This document shows positions 11,645-24,448 of a stretch of DNA of 29,671 nucleotides, in pieces. The notes under the pieces were generated by a model. It had not been told where the DNA came from and searched no databases. It was given only the letters and a program-made list of their open reading frames with translations. Position 1 is the stretch's first letter. Each line of letters opens with the position of its first letter. The translations under genes were made by a program, and so were the position numbers. Origin of the DNA: Azolla caroliniana (lineage: Eukaryota; Plantae; Polypodiophyta); contig JBHGNT010000385.1 of assembly GCA_043228905.1 (NCBI GenBank), positions 1-29,671 of the forward strand. Reading direction: 5' to 3'.

Positions 11645-12432
11645 TGTTGGGAGACAGGTCCCTCCGGATACGGAGAGCCGGATGGTGCAAACCCGGTGAG
11701 AACCGGATGAGGAGTACCCGGCTACGGAGAGCTGGATGGTGCAGACCCGGTGAGAACCGGATGAGGAGTACCCGGCTACGGAGAGCCGGATAGTGCAGAC
11801 CCGGTGAGAACCAGATAAGGAGTACCTGGCTACGGAGAGCCGGATGGTGCAGACCCGGTGAGAACCAGATGAGGAGTACCCGGCTACGGAGAGCCGGATG
11901 GTGCAGACCCGGTGAGAACCGGATGAGGAGTACCTAGCTACGGATAGCCGGATGGTGAAGAGCCGGTGAGGAGTGCTCACCGGATGAAGAGACATATTCG
12001 TAAATATGTTTCTGAGAGTCCATAGAGGCTATATTTGTAAATAGCTGAAAAGTCATATTAGTATAAGTATGACTTAGGGCAAACTTTTAGTATTTTATTG
12101 TTGTCTGCGCGAGATCCGAGCGCGTAACTGTGTACAGAGAGAGAGAAAGAGAGAGAGGAAGAGGTCGCTGCCTCTATTGTAACCGCCACCTATGGCGAAG
12201 ATCGTGAGCATGAGGTCGTTGCCTCCGTGAACTGACTGTTGTACATTCTAGCATAGTGATAGTTTGCAGCCTGTGGGTTGCCGTGGTTTTTCCCTAGTTT
12301 GGGTTTTTCACGTCAACATCCTGTGTACTCTTCTCTTCTTTGTGTCGTGTGTTTCATTTCCCGTTTTTTGTGTATGATTCTAAGCTCAGTTGTGGCTGAG
12401 CGTTGCGTATAAGGAGCGTGCGGTTCCTGTCA
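11645..12432 (+). repeat. 5' LTR of copia B (788 bp)
   Basis: TGTTGGGAGAC...TGTCA, followed by the PBS. Confidence 0.95.
11669..11970 (+). repeat. 54-bp tandem array (5 copies plus a partial) in U3 of copia B 5' LTR
   Basis: Units start TACGGA at 11669, 11723, 11777, 11831, 11885 and 11939. Confidence 0.97.
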
Positions 12433-12434
12433 AG

Positions 12435-12446
12435 TGGTATCAGAGC
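12435..12446 (+). other. Primer binding site, initiator tRNA-Met (copia B)
   Basis: TGGTATCAGAGC 2 nt after the LTR. Confidence 0.95.
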
Positions 12447-12461
12447 GAAACGACACAGAAA

Positions 12462-15400
12462 ATAGACGAATCGTTGGGCGGCATGTTCAAGCTCACCGGC
12501 TCCAACTATTCAGTATGGAAGTCGAAGATGAGGGATATGCTTGTGGTTAAAGATCTTTGGTTGCCGGTTCAGTTTGGGGACAAGAGACCAGACAAAATCG
12601 ATGCCACGATATGGGAGGTGATGCACATGAAGACAACGGCGTACATACGGTGCTTCATCGACATGAGCCTATACAACAACTTCAATGAAGAGAGCAAGGC
12701 TCATGAGCTCTGGGAGAAGATCGGCATTATGTTTCAGAACAAAAATGTTGTTCATCAGGTTTCGGTATTCCGGAAGCTAGTAAGACTCCAGTACCAAGAT
12801 GGCTCCAGCATGGCGGAGCACATGAATGCCTTCCAGGGGCTGATCCACCAGGCAACTTCATTGGAAGTACCTCTCGTCGATGAGGTACTAGCGCTACTCC
12901 TGCTCGGTTCCCTCCCGGATAGCTGGGAGATGTTGGTTGTCACTTTGGGCAACGCCGGGCCGGAAGGAAAGCGGTTATCCCTAGCAAGAGTAAAGCTGAG
13001 CTTGCTAGATGAGGAGGCGCGTCGGAAAGATAAGAATACGAGCTCCGACTCCGAAGCGCTCCTTACCGAATCGGAACGCGTAAGACATAGAAACCATAGT
13101 CCCCAGAACCGGGAGAAGTGGGGGACATGATCAAAGTCAAGGGGGAGGCCTACTTGCTTTTATTGCGGCAAGCCGAGACACTTCCAAAAGAACTGTCGGC
13201 ATTTCCGAAAAGACAAGGAAACCGACGGTACCGATTCAAAGCGGATACCGGACCGGAACGGTAAAGACCGGAGGGGGCCGGGCCGGAAGGGAACGACGGC
13301 AATCACGGCAAGTGAAGAAGAGTTGATGCTCATCACCGAGGAGAATGAGATAAACCTTGCCGGCGATGAGACGACCTGGGTGGTAGACTCCGGAGCGTCG
13401 TTCCACCTTACCCCAGACCGGAAATGCTTCTCATTCTACTCAGCCGGTGATCACGGCTGTGTCCAGATGGGGAATGAAGGTACATGCCGAATTGTCGGCA
13501 TAGGAGACGTGTGGCTGACAACACCAACCGGAAGCAAGTTGCTGTTGAAGGATGTCCGACACGTTCCGGAGGTTCGTCAGAACCTGATATCAGCCGGTCG
13601 GCTAGATGATGAAGGCTACATGGGTAGCATCCAGAACGGTGTCATGAAGTTCAGCAAAGGGAGCCTGATTGTGGCTCGGGCCCGGAAGGTCAACACACTG
13701 TACCTGATGAATGCCCGGTTATGTCCGGAAGAAGTGAACATGGCATCCGACACTGCCGGTGAGCTGTGGCACAAGAGGCTGTGTCATATGAGCGAGAAGG
13801 GGATGAAGAGGCTTGCAGACGACAACCTCATTCCAGTGAAGAACGTGCACTTGGAGAAGTGCATTGATTGTCTGACCGGTAAGCAAAACCGGACCTCCTT
13901 CCGACCAAGGCCACCGATGAGACGTAATGCACCACTGGATAAGGTGCATACGGATGTGTGTCAAGTAAACACGAAGTGACATGCCGGAGCACAGTACTTC
14001 GTGACGTTCATTGATGACCACAGTCGGAAGCTGTGCGCCACACCGTTGAAGACGAAGGATCAGGTGCTATCCGTATTCAAAGAGCTCCACGCGATAGTGG
14101 AAAGAGAAACCGGCCGGAAGTTGAAGGCGATTCGAGCAGATAACGGAGGTGAATATTGGGGGCAGTTCGAGGAGTATTGTCGCTCGAAGGGAATACGGCT
14201 CGAATTTACTGTGCCGAAGACACGGGAACTAAACGGACTGGCCGAGAGGATGAACCGGACCATAATGGTGAGGGTCCGGAGTATGCTAGCGCATGCAAAA
14301 CTACCCAAGAAGTTTTGGGTTGAGGCATTGTCGACGGTGACATATGCGATAAATAGATCACCCTCAGTACCCTTGGACAGAGATACGCCACAGAGAGTGT
14401 GGACCGGTAAGGAAGTATCCTACCGGCATCTGAAGGTGTTCGGGTGTCTCGCGTACATGCATGTAGCTAAGGACCGGAGAGGAAAGTTAGATCCAAAGAA
14501 CCAGCCATGCATATTCCTCGGTTACGGTGACGATGAGTTCGGCTACTGAGTGTAGGACCTAGTCGACAAGAAGGTATTCCGGAGTCGAGATATTATCTTC
14601 ATGGAGGACAAGACGCTCGCCGACTGGGAGTCGGAGAAGAAGATAATGAACTCTGAGTCGACCGGTAAGGAGCGACTCTACGATGAGCAGACCCAACTGG
14701 CAAGAGACCGGTTAGCACTCGAGGGACCAGCCGGTTACGGTGAGGATACTGAATAGGCTGAAGAAGAAGTAGAGGAAGCTGAAACCGGAACCGGCCAAGA
14801 CCCCGAATCAGATTCGGATGAAGAGCAAATGGAGGAGCCGGTTACCGAAGCCCGAAGACAGAGATATCCTCTCAGAGAGAGAAGGGCGCCCCGGAGATTT
14901 CCGGATGCAGAGCATGTTCTACTGACCGATGAGGGGGAGCCGGAAAGCTTTAAAGAAGCGAAGGATGACACCCATAGCCGCAAATGGTTAAGTGCCATGC
15001 AAGATGAGATGGATTCCCTGCATGAGAACCATACGTACGAATTGGTGGAGTTGCTGAAAGGAAAGTGGGCACTCTGAAACAAGTGGGTGTACAAGTTGAA
15101 ACCGGGAGATGCCGGCAACCCCCCGAGATACAAAGCCAGGATCGTGGTGAAGGGGTTCCAGCAGAAGAAGGGCATGGACTTCGACGAGATATTTGCCCCG
15201 GTTGTAAAGATGACCTCCATCCGGATGGTGCTGAGTATAGCGGCAAGCATGGACCTTGAGGTAGAGCAGCTGGAGGTGAAGACGACATTCCTTCACGGCG
15301 ACCTCGAAGAGGAGATCTACATGCAGCAACTGGAAGGATTCATGGAGAAAGGGGAGCACTTGGTATGCCGGTTGAAGAAGAGCCTCTACGGGTTGAAGCA

Positions 15401-16505
15401 AGCCCCCCAGCAATGGTACCGGAAGTTCGACTCCTTCATGACTGATCAAGGGTACCACAAGACACAGGCCGATCACTGCGTGTTTGTGAAGTAGTTCGAA
15501 GGAGGCGACTTCCTGATACTCCTTCTGTACGTGGACGACATGTTGATTGTCGGACGAGACCAAGTCAAAATACGGATGCTGAAGAAGGCACTCCAACGGA
15601 CCTTCTCAATGAAAGACTTGGGTCCGGCAAGGCAGATGCTGGGGATGCACATTATCCGGAACCGGTCAGTGAAGCAATTATGGCTGTCACAGGAGAAGTA
15701 CGTGACAAAGATGCTTCACCGGTTCAACATGTCGGAAGTGAAACCGGTTGGATCGACACTTACGGCAAACTACAGGTTATCCGGTAAGCAAAGCCCGAAG
15801 ACGAAAGCAGAGAAGGCGGATATGATGAAGATTCCATATGCCTCTGCCGTCGGGAGCTTGATGTACGCAATGGTGTGTACCCAACCGGATATAGGATACG
15901 CAGTCGGAGTGGTGAAATGGTTTATGAGCAATCCCGGCAAGGAGCACTGGAACGCGGTCAAATGGATACTCTAGTATTTGAAGGGCACTTCAAATATGTG
16001 TCTCCGATTCGGCTCCGGAAAACCTCAACTTGACGGTTTCACCGATTCGGACATGTCGGCTGATGTGGATACCAGCCGGTCTACATCCGGGTATGTAATG
16101 ACATATGCAGGGGGAGCTGTCTCGTGGCAGTCGAGGCTGCAGAAGATGGTTGCATTGTCAACCACGGAGGCGGAGTACATGGCGGTTGTGGAAGCCGGCA
16201 AGGAAATATTATGGATGAAGGACTTCATCGGAGAGCTCGGTATCCGGCAAGATGAATACCGACTCTATTGCGACAGTCAAAGTGCCATCCATCTTGCTAA
16301 GAATGCGGCCTACCATTCCCGGACGAAGCATATCTAGCGAATATATCATTGGATCCGAGAAAGAGTAGATGACCAGGAGTTTTCACTGACGAAGATCCAC
16401 ACGGCCGAGAACGGGTCAGATATGCTAACCAAAGTGCTGACAACCGACAAGCTGGACGCATGCCGGAAGAGGATCAGACTAGTAAGACACAACATGCCGG
16501 AGTGA
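12462..16505 (+). pseudogene. gag-pol: Copia B gag-pol polyprotein, disrupted
   Basis: The likely start codon reads ATA at 12462. Motifs NYSVWKSKM, WVVDSGASFH, IRADNGGEY, LLLYVDDML and GFTDSD. Multiple in-frame TAG/TGA stops. Confidence 0.95.
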
Positions 16506-16515
16506 AGGGGGAGTT

Positions 16516-16803
16516 TGTTGGGAGACAAGTCCCTCCGGATGGGAAGGGAGGAGAACAGTGTTGATGAACAAACTAGGCCGAGGCCGGAACCGGATGAGGA
16601 GTACTCGGCTACGGAGAGCCGGATGGTGAAGACCCGGTGAGGAGTGCTCACCGGATGAAGAGACATATTCGTAAATATGTTTCTGAGAGTCCATAGAGGC
16701 TATATTTTTAAATAGCTGAAAAGTCATATCAGTATAAGTATGACTTAGGGCAAACTTTTAGTATTTCATTGTTGTCTGCGCGAGATCAGATCGCGTAACT
16801 GTG

Positions 16804-16851
<48 letters not shown>

Positions 16852-17123
16852 GAGGTCGTTGCCTCTGTTGTAACCGCCGCCTGTGGCGAAGATCGTGAAC
16901 ACGAGGTCATTGCCTCCGTGAACTCACTGTTGTTCATTCTAGCATAGTGATAGTTTGTAGCCTGTGGGCTGCCGTGGTTTTTCCCTAGGTTGGGTTTTCC
17001 ACATAAACATCTTATGTACTCTTCTCTTCTTTGTGTCGTGCGTTTCATTTCCCGTTTTCTGTGTATGATTCTAAGCTCAGTTGTGGCCGAGCGTTGCATA
17101 TAGGGAGCGTGCGGTTCGTGTCA
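16516..17123 (+). repeat. 3' LTR of copia B (608 bp) with (AG)21 at 16807-16848
   Basis: Follows the PPT, aligns with the 5' LTR and is followed by the TSD. Confidence 0.95.
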
Positions 17124-17128
17124 GATCG

Positions 17129-19715
17129 AGTCCACCAATCAGACGTAATGCACCACTAGAGTTGGTGCATACTGATGTGTGTCAAGTGGACACGAAGTCA
17201 CATGCCAAATCGCAGTACTTCGTGACATTCATAGATGACCACAGCCGAAAGTTGTGGGTCACACCATTGAAGACGAAGGATCAGGTGTTGTCCGTCTTCA
17301 AAGAGCTCCACGCAAGAGTGGAAAGAGACACCGGCCAGAAGCTGAAGGCGGTTCGAGTAGATAACGGAGGAGAATACCAGGGGCAATTCAAGGAGTACTG
17401 CCGCTCGAAGGGAATCCGGCTCGAATTTACCATGCCGAAGACGCCGGAACTAAACGGGTTGGCCAAGAGGATGAACTAGACCATAATGGAGAGGGTCCGG
17501 AGTATGAACCCAAGACATTTTGGCTTGAGGCACTATCAACGGCGACATATGTGATAAATAGATCACCCTCAGTACCCTTGGATGGAGACACGCCGCAGAG
17601 AGTCTGGACCGGTAAGGAAGTGTCCTACCGGCATCTGAAGGTATTCGGGTGTCTTGCATACGTGCATGTAGCTAAAGACCGTAGAGGAAAGTTAGATCCG
17701 AAGACCCGGCCATGCATATTCCTCGGTTACGGCGACGATGAGTTCGGTTACCAAGTGTGGAACCCTATCGACTAGAAAGTATTCCGGAGTCGAGATATTA
17801 TCTTCATGGAGGACAAGACGCTCGTTGACTGGGAGTCGGAGAAGAAGATAATGAACTCCGAGTCGACCGGTAAGGAAAATTTTCAATTTGATGAAATGCA
17901 GTTCCAACCGGCAAGAAGCCAATTAGCCCTCGATGAACCGGCCGGTGACGGTGAGGAGACAAAACCGGCCGAAGAAGAAGGAATAGGTGAAACCGAAACC
18001 GGACAAGACCCCATATCGGATTCGGATGAAGAGAAAACATAGTAGCCGGTTACCGAAGCCCAAGGACGCAGATATCCTCTCAGAGAGAGAAGGCCCCCGT
18101 GGAGATTTCCGGATCCAGAGCACGTGTTGCTAACCGATGAGGGGGAGCCAGAAAGCTTCGAGGAAGCTAAAAGTGACGCCCATAGCCGCAAATGGTTAAG
18201 TGCCATGCAGGATGAGATGGATTCCTTGCATGAGAACCATATGTACGAATTGGTGGAGTTGCCAAAAGGAAAGCTGGAACTTCGAAACAAGTGGGTGTAC
18301 AAGTTGAAACCGGGAGATGACGACAACCCCCCGAGATGCAAAGCTAGGATCGTGTTGAAGGGGTTCCAGCAAAAGAAGGGCGTGGACTTCGACAAGATAT
18401 TTTCCCCGTTAGTAAAGATAACTTCCATCCGGACGGTGCTGAGTATAGCGGCAAGCATGGACCTCGAGGTAGAGCAGCTGGACGTGAAGACGGCATTCCT
18501 TCATGGTGACCTCGAAGAGGAGATCTACATGCAGCAACCGGAAGGATTCGTGGAGAAAGGGAAGGAGCACCTGGTTTGCCGGTTGAAGAAGAGCATGTAC
18601 GGACTGAAGCAGGCTCCCAGACAATGGTACCGGAAGTTCGACTCCTTCATGACTGACCAAGGGTATCACAAAACGCAAACCGATCACTGCATGTTTCTGA
18701 AGAAGTTCGAAGGAGGCGACTTCCTGATACTCCTTCTATACATGGACGACATGTTGATCGTCGGACGGGACCAAGACAAAATACGGATGCTGAAGAAGGC
18801 TCTCAATCGAACTTTCTCAATGAAAGACTTGGGCCCAGAAAGACAGGTATTGGGGATGCACATCATCCAGGACCGGTCAAAGAAGCAATTGGGGTTGTCA
18901 CAGGAGAAATATGTGACAAAGGTGCTTCACCGGTTCAACATGTTAGAAGCGAAACCGGTCGGATCGACACTCCTGGCAAACTACAGATTATCCGGTAAGC
19001 AAAGCCCGAAGACGAAAGCAGAGAAGGCGGATATGATGAAGGTTCCATATGCCTCTGCCGTCGGGAGCTTAATGTACGCAATGGTGTGTACTCGACCGGA
19101 TAGTGGATACGCAATCGGAGTGGTGAGTCGGTTTATGAGCAATCCCGGCAAGGATCATTGGAACGCGGTCAAATAGATACTCCGGTACTTGAAGGGCACT
19201 TCGAATATGTGTCTCTGATTCGGCTCCGGTAAACCTCAACTTGACGGTTTTACCGATTCGGATATGTCGGCTTATGTGGATACCTGCCGGTCTACATCTG
19301 GGTATGTAATGACATATGCAGGGGCAACTGTTTCGTGGCAGTCCAGGCTATAGAAGACGGTTGCGTTGTCAACCACGGAGGCGGAGTACATGGCGGTTGT
19401 TGAAGCCGTCAAGGAAATCTTATGGATGAAGGACTTCATCGGAGAGCTCGGTATCTGGCAAGATGAATATTGGCTCTATTGTGACAGTCAAAGTGCCATC
19501 CACCCTGCTAAGATCGCAACGTACCATTCTAGGGCGAAGCACATCCAACGAAGGTATACTAGATCCGGGAGCGAGTAGAAGATCGAGAGTTCATGCTGAC
19601 GAAGATCCACACGGCCGAGAACGGGTCAGATATGTTGACCAAAGTACTGATACCCGACAAGCTGGATGCATGTCGGAAGCGGATCGAAGTAGTAAGACAT
19701 CCCATGCCGGAGTGA
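17129..19715 (+). pseudogene. pol: Copia A pol remainder (integrase core, RT, RNase H)
   Basis: VHTDVC, VRVDNGGEY, ORF 18124-19176 with LLLYMDDML, and STTEAEY. Stops and small deletions are present. Confidence 0.95.
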
Positions 19716-19725
19716 AGGGGGAGTT

Positions 19726-20195
19726 TGTTAGGAAACAGGTCCCTCTAGATGGGAAGTAAGAAGAAACCAGAAATCATGGAGATAACCAACACGGAAGGCT
19801 AAACTTTTAAATAGTCGAAAGGTTACATTAGTATGTAAGTACTTAGGGCAATCATGTTAGATAAGTGCGTTATTGTAAAGTTATTGTTGACGAGGTTGTT
19901 GCCTCTGTAACTATGAGAGTGAACGAGTGTGAGTTGAAGCGTGGGAGCTCCATAGCCGCATGTTGGTTAAACAGGATCTCAAGGTCGTTTCCTCTTAGAT
20001 CTCTGATTGTATTCCTTTCTCTCATAGTGTTCTGTTTCGGAGTTTGTGGACTCCACGTGGTTTTTTCCCAGTTCGGGTTTCCACATTAAAATCTGTGTCA
20101 TTCTCAGTTTTTGTATTCTGTTTTTCCTTTCCATTAGATTGACTAGTATTCCGCACACGTACAACCGGTTGTGGCAGGCAACGATCTGAACTTCA
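19726..20195 (+). repeat. 3' LTR of copia A
   Basis: Follows the PPT and ends GAACTTCA before TSD TTTAT. Confidence 0.95.
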
Positions 20196-20200
20196 TTTAT

Positions 20201-20797
20201 TTGTGACAATTATTTTTAGTAGACAACACATGGTTTTCTGAACCTTGTTTTTGTCACTTCTTGACGCTAATAGGTAGTGACTTATTTTTCTTTCTTTTTT
20301 CATAACATTTGCTTGCTACTCGCAAGACTAAAATATTACTTGCGAGTGCACTTGTTTTTGCATATAATACACTTTCTCGACCATATCAATACATGTTGAG
20401 GTTGCATTTTAATATAAGGCTAACTAGGAAATTACATTGATGCTAGAACCATGGCTGAGCCTCGGGAAGCCGCCATGATAGGGATGGATATGTGCATACC
20501 TCACACCATCCATTTATTTGTGGCAATTTTTTGTAGTAGACAACGCATGGTTTTTTGAACCTTGTTTTCGTCACTTCTTGACGCTTATAGGTAGTGGCTT
20601 AGTTTTCTCTTTTTTTTCATAACATTTGCTTGCTACTCGCAAGACTAGAATATTACTTGCGAGTGCACTTGTTTTTACACGTAATTTACACTTTCTTGAC
20701 CATATCAATACATGTTGAGTTGGCATTTTAATATAAGGCTAACTAGGAAATTACATTGATGCTAGAACCAAGGTTGAGCCTAGGGAAGCCGCCATGA
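20201..20797. repeat. ~319-bp tandem duplication; the first unit begins at 9665 and is split by copia A
   Basis: GCTAGAACC occurs at 20442 and 20761. Segment 20477-20530 matches 9665-9705 joined to 20201 onward. Confidence 0.93.
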
Positions 20798-21174
20798 GTA
20801 TTCAAGAAAGAGATCCGAGAAAGACATCTTTGGTATGTTTTCCCCCATGGTTTTTAAAACACCATAGTGTTACCATAGTTATTAGATCTTGAATCACATC
20901 TCATATTTCCAGAGGGGTAAGGACATGAGATGCTTTCTTGGCTAAGGTTCTTCCAATCAAAATTTCAAGCATTCATTTTGCTTGTGTATTTTCTGAACCT
21001 CGCAACTTGTGTACACGCAACTTGCATCATGGAATAAATTTTGAACACTATTGGAGCGATCCCTCTGATAGAGACCTCTCAAGTCCAATCCGCATCTCGC
21101 ATACAACCTGAGATCACTATTGAGAAATTGCTCACTACTACCTTGAATCAATTGGCTAGAATGAGGCCAAGAAT

Positions 21175-21993
21175 ATGGCTTTGGAAAAGAAATTCCAAGA
21201 ATTGACTATTGAGTCCAAGAAAGAAGGTGAACCTTCTTTCATAGTCATGCCATTCAAGGAAGATAAGAAAGAAAGAACCGAGGAGGCCAGATTCAAGGGA
21301 GATAAGAAAGAAAGAACCAAGGAGGCCAGTAACACTTGGCTTGGTCGTTGGGAGTCTCACTTTGATCTCCATCCCAAGCCCGATGCTGTAAAAATTGGTT
21401 ATGTCGGTTGTGAGGAAGGTTATTGAGCTACTGCTTGGTGGCACGGCCTAAGGACTGCAAAGAACTTACCCACCACTTGGGAAGGTTTTGTCGATGTTTT
21501 TAAGAAACTGTTCTTGCAGTCACCTTCTCAAACCGAACAAGCGCAAAACTGGCTCACGTTGTCGAGCAAGCCATTTACCTCTCTCGAGGATTTTGTGCAT
21601 CATGCTCGAACCTAGATCCAAAAATCGGGACTTACGGGTAGGAAATGGTTTGTCGCTTGTTTTTTGAATGGTATTCCCAATGGGGATTACCATTGGATTT
21701 TCCATGACAAGGACCCCATGACTTTCGAGGAAGCCGTCAACATTTTACTTCGGTACCATAGGACTTCCAAGAAAGACCACGATAAACCTGAGTTTGCAAA
21801 AACTCAAAATGTCAAGTTCATTGGGAAACGTAAGCAATCCAGTGACACTCTTGACCGTGACTCAAAGAAACCGAACCTCTTCTATGCATATGGCAAGAAG
21901 CAGAGCCACACAAAGGATAGATGTTGTCGTCTTGAAAGGAAGTCAATGAACACCCCTCCCTCCTCAAGACAAATCTACGAGTCACACAAGTGA
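21175..21993 (+). pseudogene. gag: Degenerate gag of gypsy element C
   Basis: FKGD...TWL..WE.HF capsid-like start and a decayed CCHC knuckle (HTKDRC), directly upstream of the protease. Confidence 0.7.
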
Positions 21994-22077
21994 GTCTTTT
22001 GATGTTATTGAAGGTCATACCAACCACTAAGTTCATGTGAATGCACTTTTCCTTCACATTTACTTGGACCTAATGAT

Positions 22078-24448
22078 TTACTCCGAGCAGTCGGGTATAT
22101 CAATGGAACACAAGCACATTTCTTGTTTGATTCTGGTAGTTCTCACAATTTTCTTAATGATCACTTGGTGCAGCAAATGCAACTCCACATAAAAGCAAGT
22201 GATCATATCTATCAAGTTCACATGGCAAATGGAGGCGTTCAATACATCAATGGCATTGTTTGTCAACTGCCAATTCAAATAGATACCTATCTGGAGAAGC
22301 TTGACTTTCATGTTGTGAAACTACAATCCGCAAATATCATTTTAGAATACCCTTGGTTTTTTAATAAAAACCCTTCTTTGTCCATTGATTGGGTTAATCA
22401 CTCAATCACATTTGAACTTAATAATTGTAAACATTTTATTCAATGTTCCAAAATTCCTTCTCATTCACTTGTGTCTTATAAATCTATAAGTGATTATTCT
22501 AGTTCATCAATTTATTCGTGTGTAATTGATCCCGAGCTTCAATTTTATTATTTTAATATTGACGCTAAACAATTACCACATTATGAACGACAATTACTCG
22601 ACTCTATTTTAGCTGATTTCCAAGACGTGTTTCCTAATGAATTGTGGCTTACGTTACCACCAAAACGTAATATGGAACATCAGATTGAACTCATCCTGAG
22701 TGCTGCTCCTGTGACCATTCCACCTTATCGACTTAGTCGATTAGAAGACAATGAGATCACTAAACAACTTAAGGAATACTTGAGTATGGGCCACATTAGG
22801 TATAGTAAATCACCTTGGGTTGTGCCAGTTCTATTAGGTAAGAAGAAGGAAGGTTCATGGCGAATGTGTATCAATTATCTCCATTTGAATAAAATGACAA
22901 TAAAAAATTCATATATGTTACCTCGTGCCAATGATTGTTGCCGGTTAGGAACACAGCCTACCCTCACTCCTTCGGGGTAGGTATCAAGGTGATCATGGTG
23001 CAAGGGTAGGATCTTGCATAGCGCGTGGAACGTATTGACTTATATCGTTAGAGCGTGTTTACCAAAGGCGTAAAACTAGAGACAGCTACAACCGAGCTCC
23101 TAATGTGCGTAACTACGCACATGTCCTCCTCTTACACACTTACGCTTAAACAACCACACAGAGACAACAGAGAAGAGACCAGAGATAAAAGACGGAGCTC
23201 GGAGAAGACAAAAACTATATTAAACGACTGTGCTCAGAAATGGCTAACCCTTTACAATGTTCATATGCCCTTTATATCATAGGGCCTAGTCGGTTACGCT
23301 TCCTGCGTGAACCGTTACACATGTTACTTCAATGCTTCTATTATAATTAATACGCCTCTTTATCATGCATTATTTACGTTTTTCCTCTTATGGAGGACAA
23401 CAATGATTTGATTGATTGTTTGCATGGGGCCGATATTTTACAAAAATTGACTTACGAACAGGTTATCATCAGATTTGCATTGCCGAGGACGATATTCCTA
23501 AAACTGTGTTTCGTATGCACTATGGCCATTATGAGATTTTATTCATGCCTTATGGATTGACTAATGCTCCAACCACATTCCAACAAGTGATGAATGACGT
23601 TTTTCGAGATCAACTTGGTGATTTTGTTGTCGTCTTCTTGGATGATATTCTCATATATAGCCGCACCTTGCAAGATCATGTTCAACATGTTTGATTTGTT
23701 TTGCAAAAGTCGCATGACAACTCTTTCTATGAAAAAATTCAAAATGTGATTTTTTCCAAAAATCTATTGTGTACCTAAGTCATTAAATTACAGAAAATGG
23801 TGTTGAAATTGAACCTTCTTGTATTGAAAAGGTTAAACTATGGCCCATTCCTCGTAATATTCGTGAATTTCGATCATTCTTAGGATTTGTTGGATTTTTA
23901 CGAAAATCAATTCGTAACTATTCCAAATTGAGTACACCATTAACTGGCCTTTTAAAAGGTCATCCACGCAAGTCTGTCAAACCAATTTCCTGGAATGAAA
24001 AACTTGGCACATCATTTGAGACACTCAAAGAGCATGTGTGTCAAGCTCCCACTCTTCTATTACCGGACCCTTCCAAGCCTTTCTCAATTGAAACCAATGC
24101 TAATGATTATGCTATTGGTGTTGTCCTTTATCAAGGCGGTCACCCTATCACTTTTAAAAGTAAAAGGCTTGATGCTACTCAATCTCTGTATTCGGTTCAA
24201 GAGAAAGAGTTGTTCGCGGTAATACATGGACTAAAAACATAGAGGCATTATCTCTATGGAAATCAATTTGTGGTTACAACGAACCATCAATCCTTTAGGT
24301 ATTTTTGTGACGAGCCGGATCTTGTTGGTGTTAAAGGCCATTGAGCTGACCTTATGCAAGATTTTGATTTTTCCATACGGTATTCCAAGGGTTCTATGAA
24401 CACCATTGCAGATGCTCTTAGTCACATTAAAGAAGTTAACATGGTTAG
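22078..24448 (+). pseudogene. pol: Degenerate pol of gypsy element C (PR, RT, RNase H), cut by LTR D
   Basis: [55 protein letters not shown] and EKELFAVI. Confidence 0.92.
22936..23402 (-). mobile_element. Solo LTR (467 bp) in RT of C
   Basis: TGTTG...CAACA termini and perfect TSD ATGAT. Removal restores LPRANDLID. Orientation is inferred from a minus-strand TATA near 23271. Confidence 0.92.

Larger units (their letters stand above)
11645..17123 (+). mobile_element. Full-length Ty1/copia element B nested in integrase of A
   Basis: TSD GATCG (11640-11644 and 17124-17128). Removing B restores SFRSSPPIRRNAPLELVHTD. PBS and PPT (16504-16513) are present. Confidence 0.97.
9706..20195 (+). mobile_element. 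Full-length Ty1/copia element A (interrupted by copia B)
   Basis: Two LTRs, TSD TTTAT (9701-9705 and 20196-20200), PBS, PPT at 19714-19723 and gag-PR-IN-RT-RH order. Confidence 0.97.

Noticed and set aside
11669-11970. CRISPR-like array
   Set aside because: The 54-bp units are contiguous with no unique spacers, lie inside an LTR, and no cas genes are present.
11456-11995. 179-aa minus-strand repeat protein
   Set aside because: It is a by-product of the 54-bp array and crosses the A/B insertion junction.
14735-18866. Antisense ORFs over copia pol
   Set aside because: These are shadow frames of pol codon usage with no recognisable motifs.
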